In this document: piece after piece, positions 55,718 through 64,000 of the stretch
How positions within the stretch are numbered: the first letter of the stretch is position 1
Layout: each line of letters starts with the position of its first letter
DNA from: Octopus sinensis
Taxonomy: Eukaryota
NCBI RefSeq assembly: GCF_006345805.1
Contig: NC_043011.1
Location: forward strand, 59,222,464 to 59,286,463
Length of the DNA stretch: 64,000 nucleotides
Direction of reading: 5' to 3'
Notes under the pieces: model-generated
What the model saw: the letters and a program-made list of their open reading frames with translations, nothing else
The model's database searches: none
Told to the model about the DNA's origin: nothing
Translations under genes and position numbers: made by a program

Positions 55718-56527
55718 CTGTTAATGGTTGTGTTAGTAAGCAAGATTTGTATTCGCCGTTTCTATTGATGAATTTAATGTGACAAAAAGATTATAACACA
55801 ATGCACGCACCTCCGATAATAAATTAAAGTCAGCAAACTAAATACTTAAAGAAAAGATAAAACAAACAATTTTGATTCGTGAAATATATTTCGAAAAGCG
55901 ATAAGATATATTTGTTACTTAAAGCAATGCTACAATATATAAGGAAAGAAAGAAACGCTTGTTATTGAATCAAAGCTAAAGTCGATTATTAATTGAATTA
56001 GCTCCCAAGCAAATTAATTGAATTAACTTAGAATGCAGTAATGAAAGGTGACGAGTTGAGATAAGGTGAACAGCGGGAAAAGTTAAGTCTATTATTTACA
56101 TAGTAGACAAGATCTGAGTCGTAATCAAGTCATCTTGTTGGCAAGAGTCAAAGAAGTTCTAGTAAGCACAACCCTTTTATTTAAACATACTCTGTTACAT
56201 CTCAATAGAAATTAATCTACCAGCGCGTCAAAGTTATTGCAATACGGCAAATCTAGCAAAAAGATATTTCTGCACGTGCTTGCCTATTATTTTCCTACAG
56301 CATAAAATCACTCCACATTATGTTTATGTCAACCTTTTTCTTTCTTTATTTTTTTTGCTACCTGTATGAGTCTAATTAAAGTAACTGTGGTCATAAAATG
56401 CCATCTAGTTTTTCGTAAATGAAAATGCTTTTCACTTCCAAGAGTATACATGAAATGTGTGTATTATAAGCAAAAGAGAGTTGCTACTACGAAGAGTTAT
56501 CAGAAGTTCAAACATATATATTGTTTT

Positions 56528-56755
56528 TATTTATAACCCACAAGGGGCTAAACACAGAGGGGACAAACAAGGACAGACAAATGGATTAAGTCGACTACAT
56601 CGACCCCAGTGCGTAACTGGTACTTAATTTATCGACCCCGAAAGGATGAAAGGCAAAGTCGACCTCGGCGGAATTTGAACTCAGAACGTAAAGGCAGACG
56701 AAATACGGCTAACCATTTCGCCCGGCGTGTGAACGTTTCTGCCAGCTCACCGCCC
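56528..56755 (-). mobile_element. SINE family A, full-length
   Basis: Reverse complement matches 9201..9428. Confidence 0.9.
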
Positions 56756-57574
56756 CCAGAAGTACAAATAGAATGTAGCTGTTATCCTATGAAAGCGAGA
56801 TAGCAATGCTGTCATTTCCGATGAAATCTACAGTGCTGTTCAATGTTATGCCCAATATTTAAGGCCAGAAGTTGTTAGCCTGAGTCATAACTAGCTACCT
56901 ACCTACATACATACATACATACATACAGACAAATAGATGGACAGAGAAAGATTGACAGGTAGACATGTAGGGAGGGGGGATTTAGGGAGGGATGTGTGTA
57001 GGTAGGCAGGTAGGTTGGTTATGGATAGACGTATGATTAAATTGATAGATAGATAGGTTGATATATAGTTCGATAGACAAAGAGATAGATAGATAGATAC
57101 ATAGATAGATAGATAGATATATAAATAGATAGATAAGATAGACAGATTAGATAGATAGATAAGATAGATACATAGATAGATAGACAGACAGACGGAAACA
57201 CAAACAGGAAGGTAGGTAAGTAGCAAGCTAGCTAACTGGGTGGATGTGGTGATAGATAATTAGAGAGAAAGATTGAAGGATTTTCTCGAAGAAATCGGCA
57301 ACAGAACTTATTATTTTTAAATCTTACTATCTATTCTCGCGGTCTCCATTTGTCAACACACTAGATTACGGTGATGTAAACAAACCAACAGCCGTTGTCA
57401 AGATTTGGGAGGGCGATAACAAATACACAAATACACAAGTATGCAGATTCCTGAGAGGATTCACAAGAATCCAGGTGCATTAACATGTAGGATGCTAGGA
57501 GTGGCAAAGGTATCACAACAGTGAGTTTACATTGTAGTCAAACAAACATTAGGTGTCGTGTGTTGGTAGTATAC

Positions 57575-57991
57575 CTAATTCTTTACTACCCACAAGTGGC
57601 TAAACACAGAAGAGACAAACAAGGACAGACAGACGGACTAAGCCGATTATATGGATCCCAGTGCGTAACTTGTACTTATTTAATCGACCCCGATAGGATG
57701 AAATGCAAAGTTGACCTAGGCGGAATGTGAACTCAGAACGTAGCGGCAGACGAAATACCTATTTCTTTACTACCCACAAGGGGCTAAACACAGAGGAGAC
57801 AAACAAGGACAGACAAACGGATTAAGTCGATTACATAGACCCCAGTGCGTAACTGGTACTTAATTTATCGACCCGGAAAGGATGAAAAGCAAAGTCGACC
57901 TCAGCGGAATTTGAACTCAGAACGTAGCTGCAGACGAAATACCGCTAAGCATTTCGCCCGGTGTGCTAACGTTTCTGCCAGCGCGGTGCCT
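57575..57991 (-). mobile_element. Head-to-tail dimeric SINE family A within one target-site duplication
   Basis: Same junction as the 55011 dimer, near 57760; TGTTGGT(A/T)GTATAC at 57561..57574 and 57992..58005. Confidence 0.9.
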
Positions 57992-58100
57992 TGTTGGTTG
58001 TATACTGCTGGTATGTAGCTATGTACGTAACAAATCCTCGTTGGTAGTATACCGCAGGTATGTAGATATGTACGTAACAAACGGTACATCCATATTACAG

Positions 58101-58400
58101 CATAGCTTAAATCATAAGATATTACATCATAACATATTACATCATAGCATAGACTCTCTATCTTCAGGTAAAACTTTAAACAGGTATAAAAATATGAGGT
58201 AAACCTTTGATGATGTCCTATACCACAAATGGCGTGATATATAAGTATTATTCATTATGTTGTTTATTCGCTTGTTTAAAATTTTACCTGAAGATTGTGG
58301 AGTGATGCTGTGATTTGAGCTATGCCTACATCAATAAATAAAACTCCACCAAGACAACTGCGGTAAATTTTAAAATTTTAAACTCCATTTGTATTCTTCT
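58101..58400 (+). mobile_element. Penelope pseudo-LTR-like repeat with inverted partial duplication and a degenerate hammerhead
   Basis: TTTTAC-CTGAAGA-TTGTGGAGT...ACTCCACCAA-GACAACTGCG-GTAAA at about 58282..58367; 58101..58185 mirrors 58270..58324. Confidence 0.5.
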
Positions 58401-58413
58401 TAACACGCACACC

Positions 58414-58481
<68 letters not shown>

Positions 58482-58578
58482 TATACATATATACATATAT
58501 ATATATGCATATATATGTATGTCTATATATATATATATATATATACATATCTATCTATCTATCTATCTATATATATAT

Positions 58579-58626
<48 letters not shown>

Positions 58627-58879
58627 CATATATATACATATATACGTGCCTATCTATCTATGTATCTAGCTCTCTCTCTCTCTATATATATATATACATA
58701 TATGTAAACATTACATACCCAAGTTGTTTTCATTTAAATATTAGTTTTCTTTAATTTGATTTACAAATAACATATTCGGAAAATTTTTCTCCAATGTCAA
58801 AATTCACATAATCATGGAATAATTTGCAATCAAATAACACTATAATAAATTTCAAAGCCAGCTGCATGTGATTACACAC

Positions 58880-58910
<31 letters not shown>

Positions 58911-58960
58911 TAGAGACACACACGCACTAATACACACACACACAAACACACATATATATA

Positions 58961-60127
58961 CACAGTCCTGACAAAAGTAAATAGACTCCTTCACACTCCT
59001 TAAAACTAATTTGTATGTGAAATATTTGGTAGACATGCCCTTTACGTTTTTCAGAGCAAAGATCGTATTAGGCATGCTATTGATCGGATTAAGAAAATTC
59101 TGTTGAGGAATTTCTTGCCAAGTTTCATGCAGCAATCTCAAAAGATCTGGCTTTGAATATGCATTCTTGCTTCTTTTTTATTCGTGAATTGTTCTGTTCA
59201 TTATGACCCAGAGGTGTTCAATAGTGTTCATATCAGGTGACTGGCTTGGCAAATGAAAGATTTTTAATGGCATTCTCTTCCAAGCAACCTTGGGCCCCTT
59301 TAGCCGTGTGACATGGGGTTCCATCTTCCATAAGTAAAGTGTCTTCTGTAATCATTTCACCACTGATGAAGATCAGAAGGGTTCCTTTCTACAATATGGG
59401 CATATATTTATCTGAGGTTATGTTTCTCTGTTATGATCCTCCATTGTTCCAAACTACTTCCCAGATCATCACAGTTGTTTGGCCCTTGTTGCCTGCATTC
59501 TTTTCACGTCACAGTCTCCAGACCCAAAATCGGCCACTGTCAGGAAATACAGCAAATCTGGATTCATCAAAGAATATGACAGTGTCCGAAAATGCTAGTG
59601 GCCTCTCCACCATCTCACTAGCCCTATCAGTGCTTGGCTTGATATTGGCTTGATAGGGGCTTGATAGGGGCTTCCTTCTAGCTGCTTTGCCATAGTAGTC
59701 ATGTTTGTCGAGATACCTGACAGCTGTTCTGAGATTCACCTCAACTTGTTCTGCTATATCAGATGCCTTGCAACGAAGATTATCCTCCACACTTCACTTA
59801 ACAAAGCGAAAGACCCTGTCCGAGGGCCCTGTTCAACTTGGGCGAGGTAATGGCAGTTTCTTGCCCTCCCTGGTGAATTGCACAATGACTCTATTATAGG
59901 AGAAAACAGGATCCCATCGTTTTATATGATTTTATCTTCAGCTTGGCTCACAATACGGCCTCTTTAAAACTGGGACAGTTCTAAGCCTTTTTCTCTATGT
60001 AGCATGATTAAACAGTCACATATACAACTTGAAGCAAACATACGTCAATTAATAAAAAATATAAACCCTTTCGAGTTAAAATATGCATAAAACGAGAGGG
60101 TATCTATTCACTTCTGTCGTGTCAGCG
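58961..60127 (-). mobile_element. Decayed Tc1-type transposon with transposase pseudogene
   Basis: TA-flanked imperfect terminal repeats (GACAAAAGTAAATAGA / GACAGAAGTGAATAGA); motifs AARRKP, VIFFDESRF, MEDGTPCHTAK and PSQSPDMNTIEHLW spread across frameshifts. Confidence 0.9.
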
Positions 60128-62214
60128 TATATATATATATACAAACGAGTGTGAAATCTGAAATTTCAAAGAGAAAGTATAAATTCATCATATGAATTGA
60201 CCATTCCATTGGCAATAAACCTTATGAATAAACATCGATATTAAATATATTAGATTAGTATGATAACGTACCCCTTTTAATGTTAAATAGATGGCAAAAT
60301 AAAAGCTTTTTTGGGATGAAATCATTTTGCTAAACCCATAAATGGTATTTATTAGATTACATAATCATTGATATCGCTTTCGTTTTTGGTTTACCTATTA
60401 CGTATCCTATAACATTTATATCACTGTCAGTGTCATCATTTTCTTATTATTGCATTATTAATTTAATAACATTCATAGATTTATTTTATTTAAGCACACA
60501 CTTAGAACAAACAGACTACGTGGCAAAAGTCTTGGGCCGATGCTATTTCGCTTATTCTCAAAGTAGGAACTACAAAAACAATTCTGTACTGTAATAAATA
60601 TTATTACTTAATTCTTGTAACATTGATGCACCATAGTGTCGTTGCAAATGTATAAAGAAAATTAGAGTATATGGCTCCTAATGCTTTATCATCCACCGGG
60701 TGGTTCTTGGCGTCCAATATAGCTTTGTAGTTCTACTACTGCTGTATTCTCCTATTAATCCAATATGCTTTTGGATACGAAATAAAAAAAAACAACAGAA
60801 ATAATACTTAAATATCAACACAAGTCTGATGGTAGCATGATCGCTTTTGCTTCAATAGGAACAGGTGTGACTGTGTGTTTAAGAAATCGCCTGAAAGTAA
60901 ATGATTTGGGGTTCAATCCGATGCAGTAGCATAATGCGCAAGTGTCTTTTTTACAGCCCCTTAACACCCAATGACTTGCGAGAGAATTTGAACGGTGGAA
61001 ACAATATGAAAGCCTATCAGAAACGTGTGTAAGTATGTATTTATGTTTAGGTTTGTCATTCTACAACGCTTGGCAATCACTGTTGGCTTGTGAGTAACCG
61101 ATGAAATAAATTCCAGATTAAACCAAATCTGTATTGGGGGTGATTTCTTCTACTAAAGCAGTTAAGTGGGTGCGCCCGCATGGTCGTAGTCCATTGAATG
61201 GAACAAGTGAAATTACGATGAGGGTTAAGTTTTCGATTGCAAACAGTCATAAGGAAATCTTTTTACATGAAGAAAAGTATTGTAGCAGTGATTCAAAACC
61301 GAACCACTGGTAACCAGACGTACATCACAACCGAATTACAATAGTTTCGAGTGATCGGTCTATTAAACCAGCCAATTAACGTGAAGCTGTCGTGTGATTC
61401 GTGAAAGCGTTACCGACGGACAAAGTAACGTAATGACAAACAGAATTTTTATAAGATACCAAACAATAATGATGACCTATGAACACTACAATGAAAAGAA
61501 AATACCTCTCTGGAAAGTTCTGTTAGATCTCATTTTCATAGTAACTTTATGGAAATATTTACAACGAATGTAAACTGGCAAGTAGCCTAAATTCAGAGCA
61601 TTTACGGAAATTTCACCAGCGTGCCTGTAATAACGCTCTACCAGATTATATTGCCAACTCATTACTTAATATTCAAGACGGAATTTCTAGTATTGCATCA
61701 AATTCGGTCATAATAACTATTAAATGTAAAATCAATTAGGAATGAGACATTTGTCAAATACGAGCATAAAATTACATAATTTATGTGAATATTTAAATAT
61801 AATAAGCTTTTATTACACTTTATATATCGTATAGAAGAATTAGGAAAGTTTATACTTGCCTAAAAACTTTTACACTGTGGTATATTTTGGACCCACAGAC
61901 TGAAGATCGATTTCCAGAAAAGGCAGCCATTAAAGAAAATATACAAGTTTAAAGAATCCATCTACTGAACAAAACATATTTAGTTACCAAAATATATATT
62001 CAGGTATTTTGGGAGCCCTTTATTCAACTATTTTGTTATATAAATGTTTTGTGATTTTCAACTATTACATCTACACGTTTTCGCTGTGGACATAATATAG
62101 CAGAATGATGAAAACGTTTAATTCGTTGCTTCTACGAGGCCAAGAATTCAGTCCCAATGCGTGGAAACTTGCAGAAATCTCGTTTCTTGTGGCATGAGAA
62201 TAAACCTTATGCTG

Positions 62215-62608
62215 GTTTCAAATTTTGAGACAAGGCAATCATGTACGGGGCTGGGGATTAATCAATTATATCGATCCTAATACTCATATGGTATCTATTT
62301 TATCAATCGCAAAATGTTGAAAGGCAAAGTCGACCTCGGAGGAATTTGAACTAATAATGTAAAGATGAATGAAATGCTTATTTCTTTATTACCCACAAGG
62401 GGCTAAACATAGAGGAGAAAAACAAGGACAGACAAACGGATTAAATCGATTATATCGATCCCAGTGCGTAACTGGTACTTAATTTATCGACCCCGAAAGG
62501 ATGAAAGGCAAAGTCGATCTCGGCGGAATTTGAACTCACAACGTAACGGCAGACGAAATGCCGTTAGCATTTGGCCCGGCGTGCTAACGATTCTGCCATC
62601 CCGCCGCC
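62215..62608 (-). mobile_element. SINE family A full unit (62380..62608) joined to an older truncated unit
   Basis: Minus-strand junction GAAATA|AGCATTTC at the same internal position as in the dimers. Confidence 0.8.
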
Positions 62609-63138
62609 TGAAAGATCGACAGAATCACATATTACGGGTGAGACTGGATAGACAAAATTTAACTAGAAACCCATTGGGCTGATTATACCTGTAATTAAAA
62701 AGGTACAGCCTTACCTCCAATACAACATGAGAATAACGTTAAAGGTTGCCCATGACCTTTGGAATACTTGGCCTATTATACATTATTTCAAGAGCAGGTA
62801 ATTAAATTGATCAAACTACTGAATATGCACCGACGTAGAATAAAACCTCACGCATACTAAGCTTCACATTTTAATACTACATTATCAAATAAAGTCTTCA
62901 TGTCATAAATAGAAGAGCTAGAACAAGAATTAAAAGACTTTCAGCTTTATTTGTTCGAGATTGTATAATACTTAGAATATAAAATGAAAATAATAATTCG
63001 TATAAACTGACACCAATGGCCTACATATACACGGATATATACACATATATACAAACATACGTACATATATATACACACACATACACACATACACACATAT
63101 ATATATATGGTGTATATATATATATATTATATATATAT

Positions 63139-63182
<44 letters not shown>

Positions 63183-63519
63183 CATACATACATACAAATA
63201 TATTTGTGTACTTATGTGTGTACATAGCGGGCCATTAGAGCAATTTTATGAACAATTAATTTCTATTTTCATTTGATATTTTCCTGGGTATTTCTTCAAA
63301 ATAAAACTGCAATCTACTTCTCGCTGCATATGTATCTAATGCCATGAAATATGATCAAAATTACAGAATATAACAGAATAGGTTGCCGGCAAGGTTCTGT
63401 TTACAACCAAACTAATTGCGAACACGAATTCCAAATAATTTCATATTCCCTACAGAGATAAAAATTTAAACTCAATCTTGCAGGAGCGAATTCTAATGTA
63501 ATATTAAATTGTACTACTT

Positions 63520-63700
63520 ATACAAAGGAATGCTGAAAATTCCCTGGCTTTGAGTAAAAAGAAAATAGAGGAGAATCATTTAATTATGATTTTATTCAAG
63601 GTATTTCCCTCTCAGAATCACCAACTTATTGCAGCGGTCCTTTACTTTCTCTAAGCCTTGTAAAAGATCTCCGAACGATGGACCTCTATCCAGGCCTTTG
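63520..63700 (-). mobile_element. 3' end of a mariner transposon
   Basis: LQGLEKVKDRCNKLVILRGKYLE* matches the mariner C-terminal pattern; mariner-like terminus TACAAAGGAATGCTGAAAATTCC. Confidence 0.7.
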
Positions 63701-63875
63701 AGTAGTTCTCAGGGAGATTCAGCGTGAGACAGAGTGTGACAAGTCTGGTCCTTTGAATTACGGATATAACTCATTTTTGCCAGATCAGTGCACTAGATCA
63801 ACGTGAAACAAAGTGTCATGCCGGGAATTGAACTTACGATCTTACAATCGTAAACCGAATACGTCTAACCACAAT
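63700..63875 (-). mobile_element. SINE family C fragment
   Basis: Matches about 13500..13670. Confidence 0.8.
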
Positions 63876-64000
63876 GTCACTCATCTAATGTCAAAAATAA
63901 TGATTATGACCATAAATGCTTTAAATTCTGGCACAGGGAAGAGTGGGTACAAACTGATTTTATGGACCCTGAACGAAGGATTCACAAAATCGGTCTCGGA

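Noticed and set aside
56609-56803. Recurrent ORFs MRNWYLIYRPRKDERQSR and YYPQ.AKHR
   Set aside because: Translations of SINE family A copies, not a gene family.
57992-58082. 47-bp tandem duplication
   Set aside because: Only two units and no spacers; not CRISPR-like.

Overview
Eukaryotic, very AT-rich, repeat-dominated DNA with no recognisable intact protein-coding gene, rRNA, tRNA or CRISPR array. The repeat make-up (three abundant tRNA-derived SINE families, long (TA)n/(TAA)n/(TACA)n/(GATA)n arrays, R4/Dong-like and Penelope remnants) looks like a coleoid cephalopod such as Octopus; this is my inference. Most listed ORFs are microsatellite translations. Supported mobile elements: a 5'-truncated R4/Dong-like retrotransposon and relatives in TAA arrays, two LINE 3' ends, decayed Tc1, DD37D (maT) and mariner transposons, Merlin-like and piggyBac-like MITEs, and a Penelope GIY-YIG fragment. 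Main findings: (1) about six Penelope-type minimal hammerhead ribozyme motifs inside (TA)n-embedded repeats, including a recurrent CUGU.GA core variant; (2) a SINE that moves as a head-to-tail dimer with a fixed hairpin junction inside one target-site duplication; (3) many long inverted repeats, one with apparently perfect 173-bp arms; (4) a duplicated CpG-rich element; (5) several unannotated exon candidates, including a two-exon secreted Cys-rich peptide. All alignments were done by eye, so boundaries are approximate.
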